From: Bacteroidales bacterium
Lineage (GTDB): Bacteria > Bacteroidota > Bacteroidia > Bacteroidales > UBA10428
DNA: 36,410 bases
Reading direction: 5' to 3'
Assembly (NCBI GenBank): GCA_030626465.1
Contig: DAOUOU010000002.1
Span: 1-36,410 of the forward strand
This document shows, in pieces, positions 9,028 to 18,026 of this stretch. The notes under the pieces were generated by a model. The model did no database searches. It was not told the origin of the DNA and worked only from the letters and a program-made list of their open reading frames with translations. The first letter of the stretch is position 1. Each line of letters begins with the position of its first letter. Both the position numbers and the translations under genes were made by a program.

Positions 9028-9399
9028 TCAAACGACACTTGTTCTGAAAGTCAGTCTTAACAGGTTATCGATCTGTAAAAGAATGATAATAGAAAAAATG
9101 AGAATAGAAGCTGGAATAAAAATACTCTCCGGATTTTGCAGATTAGTACCCAGGCTGTTTAACAGATCATAATTGTTGTGTTTAAAAAAAGATATATAAC
9201 CAGTCGGAAACAACAAGGCCGATATAGTTAAAAAGATCCATGATAACTTAAGGTTTTTGCTTCGTTTTTGTTTTAATGCCTGAGCAAAAGTAACTTTTTG
9301 CATGACCTTATCTTCAAAGCTCCTGTTGGGCAAATCAAGCAGACTTTTACCTATGAGCTTCTTAAAGCTATATTCTGTCTTTTCACTTTCTTTAATCAT
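9028..9399 (-). CDS. Small membrane protein downstream of the ECF sigma gene (candidate anti-sigma factor)
   Basis: 123 aa with a cytoplasmic-looking N-terminus and two hydrophobic segments. It starts 10 nt after the sigma gene stop. There is no zinc anti-sigma motif, so the call rests on position only. Confidence 0.5.
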   Translation of the reverse strand: MIKESEKTEYSFKKLIGKSLLDLPNRSFEDKVMQKVTFAQALKQKRSKNLKLSWIFLTISALLFPTGYISFFKHNNYDLLNSLGTNLQNPESIFIPASILIFSIIILLQIDNLLRLTFRTSVV

Positions 9400-9409
9400 G
9401 ATGGTTAAT

Positions 9410-9961
9410 CTAATGAATCAAACTTACAGATTTATTTAACCTGGCTGCAAAATTTTTCCTGGCTCTGTAGAGTATCACTTTTACATTTGGTACCGATAGA
9501 TCAGTTATTTTACTTATTTCTTCATTTTTCATCTCTTCAAGATAGTAAAGCCTTAACAACAGGCTTTCATGATCGTTGAGTTTATTCAGAATGTTATTGA
9601 TCATCTCTTTTTGTTCTTCTTCGTGAAGATGTTCAATTGCTTCCGGTTCCATTTTTATTTGTTCATCAGGTATTTGTTCATCATCCAGATCCAAAAACTT
9701 TGGTTTTTTTTTCCTGGCTCTTTTTAGCGATTCATTTACAACAATTTTATAGAACCAGGTTGAAAATTTGGCTTTCCTCTTAAATTTTTTAAGATTTTGG
9801 AAAGCCTTTAAAAATCCATCTTGCACAACCTCTTCAGCAACAAGATCTGCCCCTGTAATGCCTCTTGCAATGGTAAATGCCATGTTCTTGTATTTTTCAA
9901 CAAGATACCTGTAAGAGTTAATATCACCCTGAAGAACTTGCTGGATGTATAGTTCATCCAT
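9410..9961 (-). CDS. ECF-type RNA polymerase sigma-70 factor
   Basis: Region 2 reads AEEVVQDGFLKAFQNLKKF followed by STWFYKIVVNESL. Region 4 reads EISKITDLSVPNVKVILYRARKNF. Confidence 0.9.
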   Translation of the reverse strand: MDELYIQQVLQGDINSYRYLVEKYKNMAFTIARGITGADLVAEEVVQDGFLKAFQNLKKFKRKAKFSTWFYKIVVNESLKRARKKKPKFLDLDDEQIPDEQIKMEPEAIEHLHEEEQKEMINNILNKLNDHESLLLRLYYLEEMKNEEISKITDLSVPNVKVILYRARKNFAARLNKSVSLIH

Positions 9962-10308
9962 TAATTTCTCGGATTAGTAAACTTCAAACTTATGAAATGA
10001 TTCAATACCAAACTGATTCCTCCAAACAATAATATCATGGTGAAATACGAAGCTACTTCGTTTATGATAGTATATTCTGTCATAAGGTATCCAAAGAAAA
10101 TACCAAAAGCAATACCAATAGATAAGACACCGATTTTGAGTGCCTGCAGAGGTCGTCCGGATTTGGCATTTTTCAATTCGATTCCTTTTTCAATCATCGC
10201 CATTCTCTCCTGATGTCTTGATCTGTAGTAAAAAAAGAGCGATAAAACAATGGCCGCAAAAAAAGCCAGGGGAACCAAGACACTTTCAAGTCCATTTAAA
10301 ATTTCCAT
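9961..10308 (-). CDS. Three-TM membrane protein, first gene of the ECF sigma operon
   Basis: 115 aa with three hydrophobic helices. Its stop overlaps the sigma start by 1 nt (TAATG on the minus strand). Confidence 0.6.
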   Translation of the reverse strand: MEILNGLESVLVPLAFFAAIVLSLFFYYRSRHQERMAMIEKGIELKNAKSGRPLQALKIGVLSIGIAFGIFFGYLMTEYTIINEVASYFTMILLFGGISLVLNHFISLKFTNPRN

Positions 10309-10613
10309 AATTTTGATTTTTAAATTAATTATTTGTTTCCGTACTATTTGATGCAGGAACCTGCAAAATGGTTACAACAATTTTTATCTGGAATTATAAT
10401 TTATTTTTACTGTCAGGTTCAATAGATATCTTCAGAAATTAAAGGATGAGCATGAGTAAAGATTTGTTCGATATCGAACGCCTTGAGTCCAAAACCGGTC
10501 AACTTTATCGGTAAGTTATGCTGTAATGTTTATTGTAAACCGCAGGATTTAAATGCTTTATAGTTTTTGGCATAATAGCTGTAAATATCTGTCAAAACCA
10601 AAGAACCAAAATC

Positions 10614-11057
10614 ATGAAAACTATTTATAAGGTCCCGATACTATCGGGGATGCTATTGTTGATTGTGGCAGGTATTATTTGTTCAAGACTGAATGCGCAA
10701 ACAATTATTAGCATCGAATCATCGTCCGACAGCACGATTATCGTGAAGATACAGGATAAGGTGTTTACCGATAAACCACAAAAATTAATTCTTATCCTTG
10801 ACAGTACCCAACTGACATATCGGTTGTCTGAAGTAGGGGATCTGGCATTGGAATATTCCCAACAATCCAGTACTTATATCAGATCTTCAATTATCTGTTC
10901 GAATACTAAAAGATCTGAAATTGGTAAAAAGGATAGCAATAGAATGGAAGATCTGAATTATGCTATCATAGCAGAAGAAACAGAAGATGAAGATGATGTA
11001 GTGCTTGAAGACTGGATGTTCAATCATAAAGAATGGCTGGTTGAAAAAGAAAACTAG
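10614..11057 (+). CDS. Hypothetical secreted protein with an acidic C-terminus
   Basis: Signal-peptide-like N-terminus (LLLIVAGIICSRLNAQ) and a C-terminal EETEDEDDVVLED run. No family recognised. Confidence 0.5.
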   Translation: MKTIYKVPILSGMLLLIVAGIICSRLNAQTIISIESSSDSTIIVKIQDKVFTDKPQKLILILDSTQLTYRLSEVGDLALEYSQQSSTYIRSSIICSNTKRSEIGKKDSNRMEDLNYAIIAEETEDEDDVVLEDWMFNHKEWLVEKEN

Positions 11058-11348
11058 ATATAAAAACCATGAAATACAGTAAAATTCCAACTTACATTTG
11101 GCTATACACAATTCTTTTTATAGAATGGATTGAATTCATGAGCTGGTTGTTTCGCATGAATGCAGAAAACATGCGTTATTCATGTTGTTATCAAGTAATA
11201 TATTTCAGAGCTTGTGCTGGCAATAAATAAGACATTCGTTTTATCCTAAACAATACCTTTTACTTTCCCACATTATTTCTCAGGTCATACCAGAATTAGT
11301 TCCCCGGACCTTACTATACCCTGCTTATACAAGTGCCGGAAATAATAT

Positions 11349-11356
11349 TACTTTTG
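11349..11356 (+). promoter_or_regulatory. Candidate -7 promoter box (TAnnTTTG)
   Basis: TACTTTTG lies 54 nt upstream of the histidine kinase ATG. Confidence 0.3.
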
Positions 11357-11409
11357 TTTTTCAGGTAGTTAATTCATATCTTTAAATAGACCAGATCATT
11401 ATCCAGCCA

Positions 11410-12831
11410 ATGAGAAAATTGTGGAATTTCGTTTCCTTCCTTGGAATAGAAGAGAAAGATGCAAGTCTGGAGCAAAGAACACTGATTCTTAGTAATCAGC
11501 TCAATTTCATAATGTTTACCATAATGCTATGCTTACTGGTATTTCTATCCGTAATGCGTATTATTGAAGACAGCACACTTGGTATAGGTTCGTTAAGAGT
11601 TTTATTGTTGCTGATCATAAATCTTATCAACCTGTTTTTAGCCTATTTCAAATTCCCGAATTTTAGCAAAATTTCACTCATTTTTTTACCTCCTTTAATA
11701 TTTTTGATATTTCCAACATTAATAGGGTTTGTTGAGGAAGAAAGTTTCAGTTATTACCCGTTTATATTAATTGCTTCTTCAGTACTTCCTCAATTAATAC
11801 TTGTCCCGGACAAAGACAAGATTCTCTATCGAATCTCTTTGGTCTACTATGGATTACTCATACTATTTATTGAAAAATTACTTATCTGGTTTATGCCAGA
11901 GACTTTCGAGATTGTTAAAATAATTGAAGGATTTTATGTTTATTTCAAAGTTGCACAGATAGCCATTTTTATTTTTCTGCAATTTGCTGTTTTCTACCTC
12001 AGGAAACTAAATATTAGATTTGAACAGGACGTAAATGAAAAAAATAAGACTCTTGATACTCAAAACGAAGAGTTAAGACTTGCTCTTGAACGATTGAAAG
12101 TAACACAGCAACAATTGATTCAATTAGAAAAAATGTCAGCCATTGGAACTCTTACTTCCGGAGTTGCACACGAAATTAACAACCCATTAAATTTTATTTC
12201 AGGAGGATTGGACCTGATTAATGATAGCGGCATCAGGAACGATTTAAGAAAAAACACCAAATCTATGGCGGATCTGAATTCAGCTATTCAGATTATAAGG
12301 GAGGGAGTGATCAGGGCCACCAAGATTGTTGATGCTCTGATGAATTTTTCCTATAAAGATGACTCAGTTTTGCAACACATGGATATTCATCAGATAATTG
12401 AAAGTACTCTGTTGTTTTGTAATGCTAATCTTCCTGCAAATATTTCAGTTGTTAAAGAATACCATTTAAAATATGAAGTACCAGTATACCAGGATAAGTT
12501 GCACCAGGTATTTTTTAATATCATCGAGAATGCTATTGCTTCCATACGTGGCAAAAAAGCTTATAACAAGGAAACAATAAAAATAACTACCAGATCTGTT
12601 GTCGATGAGACCGGTAAAAGAGCTATAATAGAGATTGAAAACACAGGCCCTCAAATACCTGATGACTTGATTAATAAATTATTTGATCCGTTTTTTACTA
12701 CCAAAGATCCTGGAGAGGGAACTGGCTTGGGATTATCCATTGCATATTCCTTCATTAAAGAGCATAATGGGTCGTTGCGTGCAGAAAATGTTAAACAGGG
12801 TGTAAGATTTACTATTGAATTACCAATCTAA
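11410..12831 (+). CDS. Sensor histidine kinase with a polytopic membrane N-terminal domain
   Basis: About six hydrophobic segments, then a coiled coil. H-box SGVAHEINNPLNF, N-box FFNIIENAIAS, G-boxes ENTGPQIPDD and GTGLGLSIAYSF. Confidence 0.88.
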   Translation: MRKLWNFVSFLGIEEKDASLEQRTLILSNQLNFIMFTIMLCLLVFLSVMRIIEDSTLGIGSLRVLLLLIINLINLFLAYFKFPNFSKISLIFLPPLIFLIFPTLIGFVEEESFSYYPFILIASSVLPQLILVPDKDKILYRISLVYYGLLILFIEKLLIWFMPETFEIVKIIEGFYVYFKVAQIAIFIFLQFAVFYLRKLNIRFEQDVNEKNKTLDTQNEELRLALERLKVTQQQLIQLEKMSAIGTLTSGVAHEINNPLNFISGGLDLINDSGIRNDLRKNTKSMADLNSAIQIIREGVIRATKIVDALMNFSYKDDSVLQHMDIHQIIESTLLFCNANLPANISVVKEYHLKYEVPVYQDKLHQVFFNIIENAIASIRGKKAYNKETIKITTRSVVDETGKRAIIEIENTGPQIPDDLINKLFDPFFTTKDPGEGTGLGLSIAYSFIKEHNGSLRAENVKQGVRFTIELPI

Positions 12832-12900
12832 ACAGGGGTAATGAGTAAATAGAAAATACAAACCTGAATTTGTATTACTTATTGGTTGCTTTGTTCAATT

Positions 12901-12940
12901 GCCTGTTTGTACCCGTCTGATATCTAAAACAGGCTTTTTT
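12901..12940 (+). terminator. Rho-independent terminator downstream of the histidine kinase
   Basis: GCCTGTTT (12901-12908) pairs with AAACAGGC (12927-12934) and is followed by TTTTTT (12935-12940). The loop is fairly long (18 nt). Confidence 0.55.
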
Positions 12941-13191
12941 GAAGACCTATCTGTCTTCATCATTTTCCAATGCCTTGTTCAGAAGGCTTTCCGGAAGATT
13001 CTTTTTAGCTTTAACGTCCTATAACCAGCTGATAATTTTGCCACAGGCATTTATTGTTGAGAAATTGTTAAAAACAATTATTATTCTGGATTATTCCGGC
13101 ATCTTTTTTTAATTGAAATGTTGGACTTACTGATTATTTAAACAGAGTCTTATATCTTGAATAGTATTAATATGAGTAATGATTAAGCTAA

Positions 13192-14496
13192 TTAATCTGA
13201 TGAGGAGCCGTCTTCTGTATCCAGGGCACTGCTTAACAAATTACCCGGTAATGTTTTTTTTGTTTTCACACCAAGTTCCTTAATATTTTGTGCCCTTTTT
13301 ATCAGATTACCTTTGCCGGTAGAGAGCTTATTCATGGAAGCTTCGTAGCTTTTTTGTGTTTGTTTAATTTTATTTCCAACATCATTTAAGTCTTCGATAA
13401 GACCAACGAATTTATCATATAATTCGCCACCCTGTCGTGCAATTTCAAATACATTTCTATTCTGATATTCTTGTTTCCAAAGGCTTTCAATCATTTTAAG
13501 TACTGCCACAAGATTTGTCGGGCTTATCAGCAGGATCCTTTTTTCGTATGCGTATGACCAGAGCTGTGGTTCGTTCTGAATGGCAAGTAAATAAGCGGGT
13601 TCAACAGGCATAAACATGACTACAAAATCCAGAGTTTTGATTTCTTCAATATCTTGGTAATTCTTAGAATAAAGCTCGTTAATATGGTTTTTAACAGATG
13701 CAAGATGTTCTTTCAAAGCAGCCTTGCGTAAGGATTCATCTTCAGCTGCAATATAATTATCGTAAGCGGTCAGGGTGACTTTCGAGTCTATTACAATACT
13801 TCGCTCTCCTGGGTAATGTACAATAACATCTGATTGAAATCTTTTCTTATCCTCTACGGTGAAAGAATCCTGCACTGTGTATTCGAGCCCCTTTCTTAAT
13901 CCTGTACGTTCCAGAATACTTTCCAGAATAACTTCTCCCCAGTTGCCTAGTGTTTTTGATTCGCCTTTCAAAGCTTTGGTTAGTGAACTGGCCTCTTTGC
14001 TTATTTGCTGATTCAATTCGGCAAGACGTTTTACTTCTTCTTTCAGTGAAAAGCGTTGTTGAGCCTCTTTGTCGTAAGTTTCTTCTACTTTCTTTTCAAA
14101 CTCTTTTATCCGTTCATTCAAAGGTTTTAAAATCTGATCCAGATTTGTTTTATTCTGCTCAGTGAACTTTTTTGATTTTTCTTCCAGGATTTCGTTGGCC
14201 AGATTCCGAAATTCGGTAGTGAATTTTTCTCTGATTTCAAGCATTTCCTGTTTTTGTTCCTGTAGCCTGATAGTAAGATTTTTAATCTCAGTTTCTTTGG
14301 AGCTGTGTTGCGCATTAAGAGCAAACAACACTTCTTCTTTCTTGTTTAGTTCAGCTTTCAACTCCTCTAATTGCCGAAGAAAGATTGTATTCTTTTCAGA
14401 TGAAGTCTGCCGAATAGATTCACTTTTCGATCGAAAAACAATCCAGCCTGTTACAGATGCAATAACTAATCCTGAAAGAAAATATACAAGTTCCAT
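13192..14496 (-). CDS. rmuC: DNA recombination protein RmuC
   Basis: N-terminal TM helix, a long coiled coil, then LGNWGEVILESILERTGLRKGLEY and SDVIVHYPGERSIVIDSKVTLTAY. This closely parallels the RmuC core motifs as I recall them from E. coli RmuC. Confidence 0.9.
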   Translation of the reverse strand: MELVYFLSGLVIASVTGWIVFRSKSESIRQTSSEKNTIFLRQLEELKAELNKKEEVLFALNAQHSSKETEIKNLTIRLQEQKQEMLEIREKFTTEFRNLANEILEEKSKKFTEQNKTNLDQILKPLNERIKEFEKKVEETYDKEAQQRFSLKEEVKRLAELNQQISKEASSLTKALKGESKTLGNWGEVILESILERTGLRKGLEYTVQDSFTVEDKKRFQSDVIVHYPGERSIVIDSKVTLTAYDNYIAAEDESLRKAALKEHLASVKNHINELYSKNYQDIEEIKTLDFVVMFMPVEPAYLLAIQNEPQLWSYAYEKRILLISPTNLVAVLKMIESLWKQEYQNRNVFEIARQGGELYDKFVGLIEDLNDVGNKIKQTQKSYEASMNKLSTGKGNLIKRAQNIKELGVKTKKTLPGNLLSSALDTEDGSSSD

Positions 14497-14520
14497 TTTA
14501 TTGCAGATATTATTAATTAA

Positions 14521-17500
14521 CTAAAAGTCGAGACTTAAGGAAAGGTAAAAAACTCTTGGTAATACTTGCATATTTTCTATTCCCCATGCCCAGTCCAAAC
14601 GTATAAAGTAACCAAAAAGCTGAGAACGAACTCCAAATCCATACCCAGCAACAATAGGTTCTCTGTCAGCATCAATCTCTATCTCAATAGGGCCTTGTGT
14701 AATTATATCATTGTCATATGCGTTTTCTCCAGACCAGGGATGTTGACCTGACCAGGCTGTGCCGATATCAAAAAAACCAACTGCCTGAAAATTCTGTAAG
14801 AACGCATTGCTTAAAGGATGATTGGCTAAATATCGAATAACAGGCCATCGAATTTCAGTATTGATAAGAGCAAAACTATGACCATTCCTAATATTCTGTG
14901 AAAAACCTCTCATATTGGTTGCAACTGCCTGATAGGCATAATTCTGTTCTTCATCAATTCGGATTTCGCTAAGCGGTATAAAGGTCGGGATTTTATGAGG
15001 GGTAACATTTGTCCAGTTATCAACTCCTCCCATGTAATATATCAAACGACTACTTCCAAAAGATGTACTTGTTGCAAATCGACTTGCCCAGATTAGATTA
15101 CGATGCAATACAACATAATGCCTTATATCCAGGCCAGCAACAAACAGATAGTCAAACTTGTCATTCAATTGCTGGTAATACTCTCCAAATATTTTAAAAC
15201 GAGTACCTCCATAGAGATTTAACCCAAGGGACCGTGTGTTGTCGAAAATATATTCGCCCTTTAATCTTGTCCAAAATTTTTGAGCATTAGGTTTATCAAG
15301 AGTTTGAAAGAGATTTACATAATCAATAAGATAAACATTTTTATCTGTTCTCAAACCAACGGTAGTTACAAATGATGTTACCTGAGAAAATGGATAACGG
15401 GTTATCACAGACAGCTCGTTTGTGATTGTTTTTACCAGCTGACTATTATCTTGTCCGGAGTAATGTTTGAAGGCTTGTCGGTGAAATACATATTGCTTGT
15501 CAGTTCGACTTTTCAGATTTTCAAAACTAATAAGGTACTCACTGCTTTGAAAATCAAGGGGCAGTCTTATACCAGCGGTTATCTTATAATCTTCAAAAAG
15601 ATCGTGTGTACCAACTTTAAACAATAGATTTATTCCCGGATTAAAGTAAACAGCCCCACCTGTGAATGCCTGGTAGGATTCGCTGAGAAAACTAAAATCG
15701 ATTTGACTGACAATGTAGTTTTGATAGAATGCTTTTTGGTATATTCTTACTTTCTCCTCTTCTTCAACAGTATTCTCAACAATTCTAATATTCAGATTTT
15801 CTTCTTTCAGCTTGCTGTTGTAAAAGTTAATTCTTTCGATCTCAAAAATATAATTGTTTATATCAATTTCAGATTCGGAAAACTTGATGGTATCACCACC
15901 ATAAAGGAGCATATCATTAGTGATAGAATCGATAGCTAATTCAATGGTTACAATACTTCGGATACTATCTTTTAAAGTCAATTTTTGAGTTTTGGATTTG
16001 CGATAATCTGTTGGGACCGGTTCATCACTGAGAAGATCACTACTGTCAAAGTTTCTATGATACATATAATACCGACCATTTTTGAAAATAATTTCTGCGG
16101 CCGTACCGGTTTTTTGATTATAGTCATGATCAATGATATTGCGCGGATAATTAGTAACCGGGTTTGTAATAGCATAGTATTTGTAATGTATAGCTGTATC
16201 AACATAATTTATGCTGCTATCAAATTTTGAATAGTATTTGTTGATAATACCACTTTTATCGCTAAGAGATAAAAAATTATTCCTTCCTATTTCTAATGGT
16301 TGAGTTTTATTAACATACTTATTATCAGAAAGACGCATGAGTTGATCGTCTTTCTTTGAATAGTCATAAATAAAGAGATCTTTTGTTAATGCCATTTTCG
16401 GATCAGCTGAAGACACACTTAGCGAATCTGATCTTCGATCGGAACTAAAGATTATTTGCTGCGAATTATTAATAAACCTCGGATGAAAATCATTTGCGAT
16501 GTCATTTGTCACCTGGAAGTTGCTGCCAGCGGCAATATTATGTACATAAATATCTGTCTTTCCTTCTTTTACAGCAGATAATACCAACAGGGTTCCGTCG
16601 TGTGAAAATGAAAAGCCGAGGATTTTTTCAAAGTAAAGAAGGTTACGTGTTTGCAGTTTTTTCTCGCCAAAAGTATAATAATACAATTTCAGGCCACCCT
16701 TTTCTTCTATAATGAAGGTAAGAATTCTTCCTGAAGGATGCCAGGCTAAAACCGGGTAAGAGTAATCAGTAATTTGTTCAAGTTTATGTTCTCTTTTAAG
16801 AATTTTATCCTTCTTGCCTGTTTCGAGATTATGAATCCATATTTTATACTGCCCCATCTGATTTGTCACATATGCAATATATTTACTGTTTGGATTGATT
16901 TTAATTTGCTGGTACACTCTTTTCTTATGTGGACGTTCTTCAAGTAACCCTGTTTGAGGAATACTTTCAGTACTGGCATAGTTTGAGTAAACATCAGTAT
17001 AATAAGAATGCCAGTCGCGGGAAATATCTTTTAAGGAAGCTCCTATTACATAAAGGAATCCGATATTAGCATTCTTATTAATCTTTGTAAGATAAAGTAT
17101 ACTGGGTATGACAGTTTCCCCATACACTTCTGCAATGTAGCGCCAAAAAGAATGTCCGGCATACTTTGCATCTTCACCTACCAGTCGGCTAAACTTTTTG
17201 TATTTGCCACTAAGCACACCATCCTTTACCCTGTTTTCAGTCTCAAAATTCCATTCTTTTGAAATGTATGCCACCAGTCCGTCAATATACCAATCAGGCA
17301 GATTGATAAGAGTAGAACTGGCAACATTCGATCTGAAGTTTAGTCCGTAAATCATCTCATTTACCAATACTTTAGCTATAGATGCTGATATTTGCTGTTC
17401 AAGTTTACTATAATCACCTTCGAAAAAAAGAAATACCTTATTGCGATCTACTTTTGTCAAACCACCTATATTATTATCTACTTTTCCTGTTACTAATCCA

Positions 17501-17823
17501 ATATTGCTTTGTCTGAAATCTGATAATTTATTGTATATAACAAAAATGATCCTTCTATCAAGGTTGTAATCGAACATGTTTTCAATGCGGGTAAGTTCTG
17601 TTTCGGCATACCTGGCCGTGTATTCTGCCAGTGGTTTGCCGTATTCGCTGAAATAAGTATCGAAACGTTCAAATCTGAGATAAGACCAGTAAAAACCATT
17701 GTATTGAACGCGATTTTTTCCGAAGGTCATTTGATGACCATTGTAAAACTGAGCACTGAGATTTGTGAAAGTGCACAGAAAAATATAAGGCAGAAGTATA
17801 TAATATTCAAGTTTACGGAGCAT
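14521..17823 (-). CDS. Large outer-membrane protein: degenerate MA-peptidase-like N-terminus, PD40/TolB-like propeller repeats, C-terminal Omp85-family beta-barrel
   Basis: Signal peptide. LVNEMIYG followed by LPDWYIDGLVAYISKEW sits where HExxH and W..EG.AEY would be. PD40-like repeats include NSKYIAYVTNQMGQYKIWIHNLETG, HPSGRILTFIIEEKGG, SHDGTLLVLSAVKEGKTDIY and HPRFINNSQQIIFSSDR. Omp85 motifs include NMRGFSQN, VGFFDIGTAW and GYGFGVRSQLFGYFIRLDWAW, and the protein ends in F. Confidence 0.8.
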   Translation of the reverse strand: MLRKLEYYILLPYIFLCTFTNLSAQFYNGHQMTFGKNRVQYNGFYWSYLRFERFDTYFSEYGKPLAEYTARYAETELTRIENMFDYNLDRRIIFVIYNKLSDFRQSNIGLVTGKVDNNIGGLTKVDRNKVFLFFEGDYSKLEQQISASIAKVLVNEMIYGLNFRSNVASSTLINLPDWYIDGLVAYISKEWNFETENRVKDGVLSGKYKKFSRLVGEDAKYAGHSFWRYIAEVYGETVIPSILYLTKINKNANIGFLYVIGASLKDISRDWHSYYTDVYSNYASTESIPQTGLLEERPHKKRVYQQIKINPNSKYIAYVTNQMGQYKIWIHNLETGKKDKILKREHKLEQITDYSYPVLAWHPSGRILTFIIEEKGGLKLYYYTFGEKKLQTRNLLYFEKILGFSFSHDGTLLVLSAVKEGKTDIYVHNIAAGSNFQVTNDIANDFHPRFINNSQQIIFSSDRRSDSLSVSSADPKMALTKDLFIYDYSKKDDQLMRLSDNKYVNKTQPLEIGRNNFLSLSDKSGIINKYYSKFDSSINYVDTAIHYKYYAITNPVTNYPRNIIDHDYNQKTGTAAEIIFKNGRYYMYHRNFDSSDLLSDEPVPTDYRKSKTQKLTLKDSIRSIVTIELAIDSITNDMLLYGGDTIKFSESEIDINNYIFEIERINFYNSKLKEENLNIRIVENTVEEEEKVRIYQKAFYQNYIVSQIDFSFLSESYQAFTGGAVYFNPGINLLFKVGTHDLFEDYKITAGIRLPLDFQSSEYLISFENLKSRTDKQYVFHRQAFKHYSGQDNSQLVKTITNELSVITRYPFSQVTSFVTTVGLRTDKNVYLIDYVNLFQTLDKPNAQKFWTRLKGEYIFDNTRSLGLNLYGGTRFKIFGEYYQQLNDKFDYLFVAGLDIRHYVVLHRNLIWASRFATSTSFGSSRLIYYMGGVDNWTNVTPHKIPTFIPLSEIRIDEEQNYAYQAVATNMRGFSQNIRNGHSFALINTEIRWPVIRYLANHPLSNAFLQNFQAVGFFDIGTAWSGQHPWSGENAYDNDIITQGPIEIEIDADREPIVAGYGFGVRSQLFGYFIRLDWAWGIENMQVLPRVFYLSLSLDF

Positions 17824-18026
17824 AGATAATCGCTAAGTCTACGATATTAGCTATAAAAATAATGTAATTCATATAAAAAGTTGTGATTACCACCCAGTAA
17901 AAATTTAAACTTTTCATCCTGAAAATAAATGCCAAAAGGTATCCATCCCTTTGACAACATTAAATTTCATAAAAAAAGCATAACTTTATTATGAGGTCAT
18001 CGTTATAAAGTACAAATGAAGAATTC

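Noticed and set aside
10446-10514. 22-codon ORF (MSMSKDLFDIERLESKTGQLYR) in the sigma-operon divergent region. A 14-codon Cys-Cys ORF (MKIGCCNAQNRRIF) also occurs at 30791-30835.
   Set aside because: Both are too short to support from sequence alone, and there are no conservation or expression data. They are noted only in case peptidomics or ribosome profiling data exist.
12941-13191. 250 bp of unassigned DNA between the kinase terminator and the rmuC stop, scanned for genes or RNAs
   Set aside because: It holds only ORFs of 23 codons or fewer, a few short AT-rich palindromes (for example AATTGTTAAAAACAATT), no tRNA-like GC-rich stems and no repeats shared with other intergenic regions.
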